DNA of 64,000 nt from Camelus dromedarius (lineage: Eukaryota): positions 90,708,001-90,772,000 of the forward strand of contig NC_087437.1 in assembly GCF_036321535.1 (NCBI RefSeq). Reading direction: 5' to 3'. Positions 1 through 11,350 of the stretch are shown here, piece after piece. The position numbers and the translations under genes were made by a program. Under the pieces are notes generated by a model, which was not told the origin of the DNA, did not search any database, and was given only the letters and a program-made list of their open reading frames with translations. The number at the start of each line of letters is the position of its first letter. Within the stretch, counting starts at the first letter, position 1.

Positions 1-1399
1 TGTACAATAATTATATATCAATTCATTAACATGCCATAAAATGGGCTTTCTAGATCTGATTCATTTTACCATTCTATTTATACCTAATACTATTCCCACA
101 ATTTCCTATATAATCCAGTCATATTGAGCTTCCAATTAGTTTTTGTTGCCTGTGCTCTTTTGTGCCCAGGCATGTTAACATTATAGTCCTTACTGTCTAT
201 ATTTTCTCTCCCTTTGTTCTTTCTGATAAGCCCATTTCTCAAAACCCAGATCATACATTACTTCCCATGTAGCCTCATATATTACTGAGACAGAGATAAC
301 TGTTCTCACTTTTAGGCTCATATGGCACTTTATTCAATGTTTGAGACAATAATTATCACGGCATTTTATTTATTCAAGTGTCCTTGTCACTCACTAATTT
401 GAGTTTCTAGATGACAATAAAAAAGCCCTTCAAAATCTTTACTCATAGAGTGTTAAATATATCGTGCATGTTTGCTAAATAGATGGATTCAAATTCTAAT
501 TTAGGCTATTGTGAATGATATCAATAATAAGCCACAATCTACTCTTAATTATTTCTGATCATTAAAAAAAATAAAGAAAAATAAAAAAGCAAGAGTTAAC
601 CCCAATAGATTTTGGATCACTGTGACTTTTAGACAACTATTAGAAAACTCTTAGAAATTCATAGGAAAATGATCCTCTGTGCCTGTCTGCTCCTATTCTG
701 TTTTCTATTTTTATCAACGTGAAAACTATCTAGATATGAGGGTAATGGACAGTTCAACATGGAATTATCTAGAGTTACAGTGTGTTGCATAAAATATTTT
801 TTTTTAATTTGTGAAACTGAAAGTGGTAGATTTGCTATTAATAATCTAAAGCAGGGCATTTTAATGCTTTGTGGGTAAAAAAGTGGCCATACTTTGAATT
901 TATGTTAATTAGCTTCATGAGAATTTAAGATGCATAAGATAAGATGAGGCAGTCTACTTTTGCTTATCACACCATGAAGAAAGTGATGCTTCTTTACTAT
1001 TTCTGGATCATTCGATCATTTTCAACTTCTATTATTATGTTAAAATGAAAACCATCAGCATAGGCTTAAAGAACATAACTACTAAAATACAGAAGGTATT
1101 AAAGAAAATGAAGTAGAACAACATTAAATATTTAATTTTATTGATTAATATTTCAATTGGGGAGGGTTACTTATAATTAAAAAGTATTCAAAACTTGAAG
1201 TTTTACCCTGGAAATTGGGTTATTCTGTTATATAAGAAAGAATGACATTAAATTTTAAGGAGATTAATGTATTAATGTATATGACATAAAGTTTATTACA
1301 TAATAACTTTTTATTAAAAATAAAAATTTTTCTAAAATTAAATGGTGGAGCATATAGAATCACAATTTACTACATGTCTTGAAAGATAAAAACATATCT

Positions 1400-1455
1400 G
1401 TGTTAATCCAGGTTCTGTTAGAAGCTGACACCAGGATGGAATTAAATGTGCAATC
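1400..1455. mobile_element. MaLR LTR (MLT1K/L-like), left portion, split by the L1 insertion
   Basis: 'tgtgttaatccaggttctgttagaagctgacaccaggatggaattaaatgtgcaa' resembles a recalled old MLT1 terminus. The same consensus appears to resume at 10354. Confidence 0.55.
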
Positions 1456-2993
1456 GGCAGAGATCAGGATGGTGAAACAGAAGGTGGAGGAAGAGCTCAC
1501 CTCCTCCCACGAATACACCAAACATACATCTACATGTGGAACAGTTCTCACAGAATACCCACTAAATGGTGGCAGAAAATCTCATACAACCAAAGCTGCA
1601 AGAAATATCACCAAGTAAGTGGGTATGACAAAAGAAAAAAAAAAAAAAGGAAGTGGGATGGGACTAGTGGCCCTGGGAGGGAATTGTGAAAGACAAAAGG
1701 TTCCCTTATGCTGGGAATCCCCTTCACAAGCTATAAGATCAGTTGGGACAGATAGGGACCTTCAAAGGCTCAGAGGAGTGTGCTGTAGCAGGCTTGCGGC
1801 AGGCAGGATACTGTGAGACCAGCACAGATTATCCTGGACACCTTGCTTCACTCTCAACTTTGAGATGTGTGTTTGCTGGTGCCCATAGGGGCTAGGTGCT
1901 GAAACTCAGGCTTCAGTGGACAGGCCCAGGGAGAGGACTGGGGTTTGCTGCATGGAGACCATCTGAAGGACATAGATTGTGGTCCAGGCTACAACTGGGG
2001 CTGTGTGCAAGACTGAGTCTGATCCGCCATAGAAGCCCCATTCTTGGTTTGCTCACAGTGGATGCAGCACTGCCTCTAAGAGCTCTTGGATCATACAAGC
2101 ACCAGCAGGCTCCACACACGCAGAGGTGGGAATGAAATCTGAGCAAATCTGCCATGGATGCATGACTTCTGAAACTAGGATGAAATCTGAACTGATTCTC
2201 AGTGGCTGTGTCACTTTGGTGGATTTATGCCTCCAGCAGCTTTGTGAGCTCAGTTCCTGCAGAACATCCCAGCAGATGACTGGTGCTCCCACAGCTGGGC
2301 TGGGTCTAATGTTAGTAGCAAAAAGCTTTGTGGGCACATGTATGTGTAGGCAGGGCTGGAGGCTAGACTGATATCTGCAGCTCCCACAGCAGATCCAGGT
2401 GCTCAGCTTCAGTGGGTCCAGGTACCAAACTACAACAGATCTGCAACGGCACCTTTGTAAGCAAAAAGCCTAAGGGGCATACTCGTAGATTGCCAGCATT
2501 CCCACAGTTGAGGCAGGCCCAGGGAAGCAGCAACAACAGTGTACTTTGTGAGCATGCACAATGGGTGACAGAAGTCACTTCTTGGTGAACTATTCATGTG
2601 TAGGAAAACTCAGTAGCTCCTTTCCCAGCAGGAACACTTCAGACTCATTTACCTCATACCACAGCTTGGAACCAGACCCAGGGGCTTCTACCCCAACAAC
2701 TGGGGAGCAGACTCTGCCCCTGCCTGGGCAGTGACAAATAGAGCAAAGAGGAGACCCTGCCCAACATTCAGGGCAGGCTTGGGTCACCACAACATCAAAC
2801 GCACTCTCCATTAAGGGGATAATGGTCAGCACACACTGAGGAAAGACATGGCAGGCATTCATACCAAATACAGCCCTCACATCAAAAATATTAGACTCAC
2901 GCAGGCTACACCAGGGTGCTCCCACATAATAATCAATATCACAGTAGATAACTATTTCTCCTAAATTAATAGAGTCAGACAAGTATAAATAAA

Positions 2994-3880
2994 ATGAAGA
3001 AGCCGATGACCTCCTCCCAATTAAAAGAACAAGAGAATTCTCCTGAAAGAACAAACAGTGAAACGTATCTCTCCGTAGACTAGACCCCAAGTTCAAAAAG
3101 GAGCTAATAAAAATACTGAAGGAATTAAGAAAGGCTATGAATATAAACATAGACAACTGTAATGAGAAACTAGAAACTATAAAGAGGAGTCAATCAAAAT
3201 TAGAAAACTAATTTGCCCAGATGAAAATTTAGTTAAAGGTCATAAAAAGAAAACTGAATAATGCAGGAGAATGAATTAGTGATCTGGAAGACACATTAAT
3301 GGAGATGACTCAAACAATACAGCAGACAAAAAGACAAATGAAAAAAAAAATGAAAGCAATATATGAGGTCTATGGGATAACATAAAGTAACCCAATCTGT
3401 GCATGATGGGGATCTCAGAAAGAGAAGAGAAAAGGGGAACAGAAATGTATGTAAAGAAAATATGACTAAGAACTTTAAAACCTAAATAAAGAAACACATA
3501 TTCAGATACAGGAAGTACATAGGGTCCCAAATAAGATAAACACAAACAGATACACATCAAGATATATCGTAATTATAATGGCAAAAGTTAAAGACAAAGA
3601 GACAATTCTAAAGGCAGCAAGAAAAAAACAGATTCAGTTATAAGGGAACCCCCATAAGGCTATCAGCTGACTTCTCTACAGAAACCCTGCAGGCAAAAAG
3701 GCAGTGGAGAGATATATTCAAAGTCCTAAAAGGCAAAAGCATGCAACCTGGGATACTCTACACACCATGATTATCATTTAGAATAGAAGGAGAGATAAAG
3801 AATTTCTCAGACAAACGAAAACTAAAAGAATACAGCAATACCAAACCTATTCTAAGAGAAATACTGAAAGGTCTTTCACA
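2994..3880 (+). pseudogene. L1 ORF1p remnant, disrupted
   Basis: A-rich coiled-coil-like segment followed by L1 ORF1-type motifs ('gacaattctaaaggcagcaaga', 'cccataaggctatcagctgacttctctacagaaaccctgcaggc' = PIRLSADFSTETLQA). Multiple stops and frameshifts. Confidence 0.8.
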
Positions 3881-4207
3881 GCAAAAGGATAAACATGAAA
3901 TAGAAAACAGGATATCAAGATCACAAAATGTGGGGGAGTGGAGTAAGAAAATACAGATCTTTCAGAATGTGTTTGAGCTTAACATGACTATCAATTTAAA
4001 GCAAGTAGATATAGTCATGGATAAACATACTTGAAAACCAGGTTAATCACAAGTGAAAAACATACAACAGACTCACAAAAAAACAAAACGAAAACAAAAA
4101 AAGGAACTGAAGCATATACAAAAGAAAACCATCAAACCACAAAGGGAAAACAAAAAGAAGAAAGGTACAAAGAAGAAATACAAAATCAACTGGAAACAAG
4201 GTTTAAA

Positions 4208-5206
4208 ATGGCAATAAATACATACTTATAAAAAATTACTTTAAATGTTAATGGACTAAATGCTCCAATCAAAAGACAGAGAGTGTCAGATTAGATAATT
4301 AAAAAAAAGAAACCCTACAATATGCTGCCTACAAGAGACCCACTTTAAGACAAAAGATAGGCATAGATTGAAAGTGAGGGGTTGGAAAAAGATATTTCCT
4401 GCAATTACAAAGAATAAGAAAACAGGTGTAGTAATATTCATACTAGGGCACAAAACAAGCCTCAACAAATTTATGAGGATAGATATTTCTCAAGCATCTT
4501 CTCTGACCACAACAGAATGAAACTAGAAATCGACCACAGAAATAAAAATGAGGAAAAAAAAATGATTATGTGGAGACTAAACAACATGCTACTAAAAACT
4601 AATGGGTCAACAAAAATGAAATCAAAGAGCAAACCAAGAAGTATCCTGAGACAAACAACAATAAAAACAGAGCCACGCAAAGTTTATGTGATGAAGCAAA
4701 AGCAGTCCTAAGAGGGAAGTTCACACTAATACAGGCCTTTCTCAAACAACAAGAAAAATTTCAAATAAACAATCTAAGGCACCATCTGAAATAATTAGAA
4801 TAAGAACAAACAAAACCTGAAGTCAGCAGAAGGAAGCAAATAATAAAGATGAGAGAGAAAATAAATAGAGATAAGAAAAGAACTGAGAAAAAATAAATAA
4901 AACCAAGAGATGGTTTTTCTGAAAGGATAAACAAAAATCAAAAAACCTCTAGCTACACTCTCCAAGGAGAAAAGAGAGCTGACCCAAATAAAGAAAATAA
5001 GAAATAAAAGGAGAAATAACAACTGATACTGCAGAAATACAAAAAATCATAGGAACTTACTATAAACAGTTGTATGCCAACAAATTAGATAACCTAGAAG
5101 AAATGGACAAGTTTCTAGAAACACACAGCCTGCCAAAACTGAATCAAGAATAAACAGATAATTGATAATTTGAAACAGACTGATCACTAGAAGTGAAAGA
5201 ATCTGT

Positions 5207-5255
<49 letters not shown>

Positions 5256-6330
5256 ACACTCCCTGCAAACAGAAGTCCAGGACTGGGTGACTTTACTGCG
5301 GAATTCTACCATAGAAAGAACTAATACCTTTCCTTCTCAAAGTCTTCCAAAAAATTGAAAAAGAAGAAACACTACTAAATTCATTTTAGAAATCCATCAT
5401 CACCCTGATACCAAAACCAGAGACACCATCAAAAAAGAAAATTATAGGCCAGTATCTTTGATGAATATAGATGCAAAAATTCTCAACAAAATGCTAGCAA
5501 ATTGAATCCAACTACCCTTAAGAAGGATCATACACCATGATCAAGTTTGATTCATTCCTGGGTCCCAAGGACAATTCAACATAAACAAATCAATCAATGT
5601 GATGACAACACATCCAAGAAAGAAAAGACCACAAACCACACGATTATTTCAATAGATAGAGAATAAGCATTGGATAAAATTCAAGATCCATTCATGATAA
5701 AATCTTTTACCAAGGTGGATATAGAGGGAACATATCCCAACATAATAAAAGCCATGTATGAAAAACCCAAAGCCAATATAATACTAAGTGGTGAAAAACT
5801 AAAAGCCTTTCCACTAAATTCTGGCACAAGACAAGTATGCCCATGCTTACCACTTCTATTCAACATAAACTGAAAGTCCTAGGCAATGCATCAAACAAGA
5901 AAAATAAATAAAAGGTATCCAAGTTGGAAGAGAAGAAAAAAATTGTCAGTGTTAACAGATGACATGATACTATATACAGAAACCCTAAAGACTTCACACA
6001 ATAACTAGTAGAACTAATAAATGAGTTCAGCAAAGTAGCAGGATATAATCTGTGGCAATTCTTTACAGTAACAATGAAATATAAAAGAGGAAGTTAAAAG
6101 AAGTTTAAAATTGCATCAAAAATGTAAAATACCTAGGAGTAAATCTCACCAAGGATGTGAAAGAACTGTAAGCTGTGAACAATAAAACATTAATAAAGGA
6201 ATCGAAGATGATACAAAAAAATGGAAAGATATCTGCAGCTCTTGAATTGGAAGAATTTACTGGTAAAATGGCCATACTTCCCAAAGCAATCTACAGATTT
6301 AATGCAGTTCCTATCAAATTACCCATGACA
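4208..6330 (+). pseudogene. Host L1 ORF2p remnant, 5' part (endonuclease with internal deletion, reverse transcriptase)
   Basis: ITLNVNGLNAPIKR and ICCLQETH motifs at 4235-4345. RT fragments include [10 protein letters not shown]...[20 protein letters not shown] (5670-5873). Frameshifted. Confidence 0.85.
5207..5258 (+). repeat. (AAC)n microsatellite inside L1 ORF2
   Basis: About 17 AAC units with one GAC interruption. It explains the poly-Leu ORF on the minus strand. Confidence 0.95.
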
Positions 6331-8941
6331 ATACCAAAACCAGGCAAAGACACTACCAAAAAAAGAGAATTATAGGCCAATATCACTGATGAACATAGAT
6401 GCCAAAATCCTCACCAAAATATTAGCAGATAGAATCCAACAACACATAAAAAAGATTATACATCATGACCAAGTGGGGTTCATCCCATGGACACAAGGGT
6501 GGTTCAACATTCGCAAATCAATCAATGTAATACATCACATCAACAAGAGAAAGGACAAAAACCACATGATCATCTCAATAGATGCAGAAAAAACATTTGA
6601 TAAAATTCAACACCAATTTATGATAAAAACTCTCACCAAAGTGGGTATAGAGGGAACATATCTCAACATAATAAAAGCTATATATGACAAACCTACAGCC
6701 AGCATAGTACTCAACGGTGAAAAACTCAAAAGCTTCCCACTAAAATCTGGGACAAGACAAGGATGTCCACCATCACCATTCCTATTCAACATAGTCTTGG
6801 AAGTCCTAGCCACAGCAATCTGGCAAGAAAGAGAAATAAAAGGTATCCAAATTGGAAAAGAAGAGGTAAAAGTGTCTCTACATGCTGATGACATGTTACT
6901 ATATATAGAAAACCCTAAAAGGTCCACACAAAAACTACTAGAGCTGATCAAAGAATTCAGCAAGGTAGCAGGTTACAAGATTAACGTTCAAAAATCACTT
7001 ACATTTCTTTACACTAACAATGAATCAACAGAAAAAGAAAGTAAAGAAACAATCCCCTTTAAAATAGCACCCAAAGTAATAAAATATCTAGGAATAAATC
7101 TAACCAAGGAGGTGAAAGAATTATACACAGAAAACTATAAGACAATGATAAAGGAAATTAAAGAAGACTTTAAAAAATGGAAAGATATCCCATGCTCTTG
7201 GACTGGAAGAATCAATATTGTTAAAATGGTCACACTGCCCAAGGCAATCTACAGATTTAATGCAATCTCTATCAAATTACCCAGGACGTATTTCACAGAA
7301 CAAGAACAAATCATAATACAATTTATATGGAACCATCAAAGACCTAGAATTGCCAAAGCATTACTGAAGAGAAAGAAAGAGGCTGGAGGAATAACTCTCC
7401 CAGACTTCAGACAATACTATAGAGCTACAGTCACCAAGACAGCATGGTATTGGTACAAAAACAGACATATAGACCAATGGAACAGAACAGAGAGCCCAGA
7501 AATGAACCCACAAACTTTTGGTCAACTAATCTTCGACAAAGGAGGCAAGAATATACAATGGAATAAAAAGTCTCTTCAGCAAATGGTGTTGGGAAAACTA
7601 GACAGCAGCATGTAAAGCAGTGAAGCTAGAACACTCCCTTACACCATACACAAAAATCAACTCAAAATGGATCAAAGACTTAAACATAAGACAAGATACA
7701 GTAAGCCTCCTAGAAGAAAATATAGGCAAAACATTATCTGACATACATCTGAAAAATGTTCTCCTAGAACAGTCTATTCAAGCAATAGAAATAAAAGCAA
7801 GAATAAACAAATGGGACCGAATGAAACTTACAAGCTTCTGCACAGCAAAGGAAACCATAAGTAAAACAAAAAGACAACCTACAGAATGGGAGAACATTTT
7901 TGCAAATGAAACCGACAAAGGCTTGATCTCCAGAAAATATAAGCAGCTCATACGACTTAATAAGAAACAACCAAACAACCAAACAACCCAATCGAAAAAT
8001 GGGCAGAAGACCTAAACAAGCAATTCTCCAAGGAAGACATACAAATGATCAAAAGGCATGTGAAAAGATGCTCAATATCACTAATTATCAGAGAAATGCA
8101 AATAAAACTACAATGAGGTATCACCTCACACCAGTCAGAATGGCCATCATTCAAAAATCCACAAATGACAAATGCTGGAGAGGCTGTGGAGAAAGGGGAA
8201 CCCTCCTACACTGCTGGTGGGAATGCAGTTTGGTGCAGCCACTGTGGAAAACAGTATGGAGATTCCTTAAAATACTAGGAATAGAATTACAGTATGACCC
8301 AGGAATCCCGCTCCTGGGCATATATCCAGAAGGAACCCTACTTCAGGATGACACCTGCACCCCAATGTTCATAGCAGCACTATTTACAATAGCCAAGACA
8401 TGGAAACAGCCTAAATGTCCATCAGTGGATGACTGGATAAAGAAGTGGTATATTTATACAATGGAATACTACTCAGCCATAAAATCTGACAACATAGTGC
8501 CATTTGCAGCAACATGGATGCTCCTGGAGAATGTCATTCTAAGTGAAGTAAACCAGAAAGAAAAAGAAAAATACCATATGAGATTGCTCATATGTGGAAT
8601 CTAAAAAAAAAAACAAACAAAAAAAAAACCACAAACAAAGCATAAATACAGAACAGAAATAGACTCACAGACATAGAATACAAACTTGTGGTTGCCAAGG
8701 GGGCAGAGTGGGAAGGGATAGACTGGGATTTCAAAATTGTAGAATAGATAAACAAAATTATACTGTATAGCACAGGGAAATATATACAAGATCTTATGGT
8801 AGCTCACGGAGAAAAAAATGTGACAATGAATATATATATGTTCATGTATAACTGAAGAATTGTGCTCTACACTGGAATTTGATACAACATTGTAAAATGA
8901 TTATAAATCAATAAAAATGTTAAAAAAAACTAAAAAAAAAA
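6331..8941 (+). mobile_element. Younger 5'-truncated LINE-1 (about 2.6 kb) nested in the older L1
   Basis: Perfect 15-bp TSD AAATTACCCATGACA at 6316-6330 and 8942-8956. AATAAA and an A tail at about 8910-8941. Long open ORF2 segments. Confidence 0.95.
6389..8604 (+). pseudogene. Nested L1 ORF2p (RT and C-terminal CCHC domain), broken into three frames
   Basis: 408-aa ORF with GTRQGCP and [13 protein letters not shown] motifs, a 131-aa continuation, and a 201-aa ORF with [18 protein letters not shown]. No endonuclease domain. Frameshifts near 7565, 7970 and 8100. Confidence 0.92.
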
Positions 8942-9887
8942 AAATTACCCATGACATTTTAAACAGAGCTAGAACCAATAGCCCTAAAATTTATCTGGAA
9001 CTACAAAAGGCCCAGGATTGCCAACGCAATTCTGAGGAAAAAGAACAAAGCTGGAGGCATAACCCTTTCAGACTTTAGACAATAGTACAATACTACAGTA
9101 ATCAAAACAGTGTGGTACTGGCACAAAAACAGACACATAGATCAATGGAACAGAACAGAGAGCACAGAAATAAAGCCACACACCTACAGTCAATTAATCT
9201 TCGACAAAGGAAGCAAGACTGTACAATGCAGAAAAGACAGTCTCTTCAGCAAGTGGAAAGCTGAAAACTGGACAGGCTCATGTAAATCAATTAAGTTAGT
9301 ACACCCCTTACAACATACACAAAAATAAATTCAAAATGACTTACAGACTTAAATATAAGACTTGACATCATAAAACTCCTAGAGAAGAACATAGGGAAAT
9401 ATTCTTGGACATAAATTGCAGTGATTATTTTGAAATCAGTCTCCCAAGACAAAAGAAATATGAGCAAAGATAAATAAATGAGACCTAATCAAACTTATAA
9501 GGTTTTGTACAGCAAAGGAAATCATAAAGATAGTGAAAAGACAACCTATTGACTGGGAAAAAATATTTGCAAACAATATGACTGACAAGAGCTTAATTTC
9601 CAATATACACAGATTGCTCATACAACTCAATACCCACCCCCCCAAAAAATTAACAAATGGGCAGAAGACCTAAATAAGTATTTCTCCAAAGAAGACTTAC
9701 AGATGGCCAACAGTCATATAGATGCTCAACATCCCTAATTATTAGAGAAATCCAAATCAAAACCACAATGACCTCACACCAATCAGAAATGTCTATCATC
9801 AAAAAGTTTATAAATAATAAATCACAATAACCAAGACATGGAAGAAACCTAAATGTCCAGGGACAAATGAATGGATAAGAAGATGTG

Positions 9888-9917
9888 ACATATATATATA
9901 TATATGCACACACACAG

Positions 9918-9958
<41 letters not shown>
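9888..9958 (+). repeat. (TA)n/(CA)n compound microsatellite in the L1 3' region
   Basis: Direct read: tatatata...cacacaca. Confidence 0.95.
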
Positions 9959-9960
<2 letters not shown>

Positions 9961-10353
9961 GTAAAATTACTCAGCCATGGAAAACAATAAAATAATGCCA
10001 TTTGCAGCAACATAGGTGAAGCTAGAGATTATATCTAGTGAAGTGAGTCAGACAAAGACATATATCACATGATATCATTTATATGTGGAATCTAAAAAAT
10101 GATACAAATAAACTTATTTACAAAACAGAAACAAACTCACAGATATATAAAACAAACACAATACCAAAGGGGAAAGGGGTGGGGAGGGGTAAATTAGGAG
10201 TTTGGACTACACACTACTATATGTAAAATAGATAAACAACTATTGTATAACAGGGAACTATATTCAATATCTTTTAATAAACTATAATGAAAAATAACCT
10301 GAAAAAGGATATATATACAACATTGTAAATCAACTCTACTTCAATAAAAAAGC

Positions 10354-10640
10354 ATGTGCAACCACTCTATTTTGGCAAATACCTATGTGATAAGGTATTA
10401 GGAGGGAGCCTGAAAAGTTGGGGAGAACCATCAGATTATGCTGCAAGTCTATCCTAAATAAAGGATAGAAAGTGAGAAGACTCAACGGAAACATTCTAGA
10501 TCGCTGTACAATTTGAAGAAGGTTCAACAGGGCCATCTGGAGTCCATGAGCCAAGGTCAGCCATCAAAGAATTAAGTCTCTCAGTAACAGGCATGCTTAC
10601 TCTCTTCACTGCATTTAGTCACTGGGTGAGATCAGCCTGT
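10354..10640. mobile_element. MaLR LTR (MLT1K/L-like), right portion
   Basis: 'ggggagaaccatcagattatgctgcaagtct...gcatttagtcactgggtgagatcagcctg' resembles the recalled MLT1K/L body and continues the 1400-1455 piece. Confidence 0.55.
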
Positions 10641-11039
10641 GCTCTCCCTATTTGGAGGACTGTGAGGTGTATTCTTTTCTCCTTTGCAACATCTTTCTCA
10701 CTTCGGTTTCTCTGAGATACCACACCATGTATTGGAACATCAGAACTGGTAGTTAGATGTTCTGAATTCTACATTCCTAAATTTGTCAACTTGGGGATAT
10801 CAGTTTCTTTATAAAAAGTTCAGATTAGAAATTATCTAAGGCATTCATTTTTTAAAACATGTAACTTTGCTGCCCAGTTGACAGAGCAATGCCTCGTCAT
10901 GGGGAAATTTCACTCTGAAAGTTTGCATTTAGAATCATACTTAAGTTTGTGTTTTCTAGTAGATGATCTAGGATAATGGTTAATCATCACCCTTTCCTGA
11001 TCTCCACTTTCCTTCCTCCTCCTGCAGAGACTGTAGAGA

Positions 11040-11350
11040 TTAATACTCTCTATCTCAGGGTCCTTTGCAAGCAGGGGTGCTACATGATACATTTCTGAAA
11101 AATGAAATGTAAAGGCATATCTTTTGAAAAAAAAAAGAAAGATTTAGGACTGGTTTTGTTTCCCAATAAAAAGAAACATGTTTCTGAGCACTGCCTCTTC
11201 TTCTTCCTTTCTGCATTGAAAGTGGAAGTTATATATCAAACTGCACTTTCTAAGTTCAAACTATAGCGGTAAGTATGTTAAGAAAAGTTACCATGCAAAG
11301 GACAGTGCAATGAAAGATAAACCACTGAACATCCTGATACAAATCCAAAT
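11040..11350. mobile_element. Old ERVL-type LTR fragment (LTR33-like)
   Basis: 'ttgcaagcaggggtgctacatgatacatttctgaaaaatgaaatgtaaagg' resembles a recalled LTR33 motif. Highly diverged. Confidence 0.35.

Larger units (their letters stand above)
1456..10353 (+). mobile_element. Decayed full-length LINE-1 (5'UTR, ORF1, ORF2, 3'UTR, short A tail), host of a nested L1
   Basis: GC-richer 5'UTR at about 1456-2990, ORF1 remnant from ATG 2994, ORF2 remnant from ATG 4208, RT-region homology at 5400-6330, ORF2 resuming at 8942, and a 3'UTR ending 'caactctacttcaataaaaaa'. Flanked by near-identical ATGTGCAA(T/C)C at 1446-1455 and 10354-10363. Confidence 0.92.

Noticed and set aside
1379..3156. Cluster of ORFs, including one of 188 aa, as genes
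   Set aside because: They lie in the L1 5'UTR or antisense to ORF1 and show no recognisable domains.
5409..7284. Apparent tandem duplication or misassembly of the RT region
   Set aside because: The copies are diverged and are explained by the nested L1 with its TSD.
6389..7615. 408-aa reverse transcriptase ORF as a domesticated gene or novel RT system
   Set aside because: It is ordinary L1 ORF2 inside a TSD-flanked, 5'-truncated, frameshifted copy.
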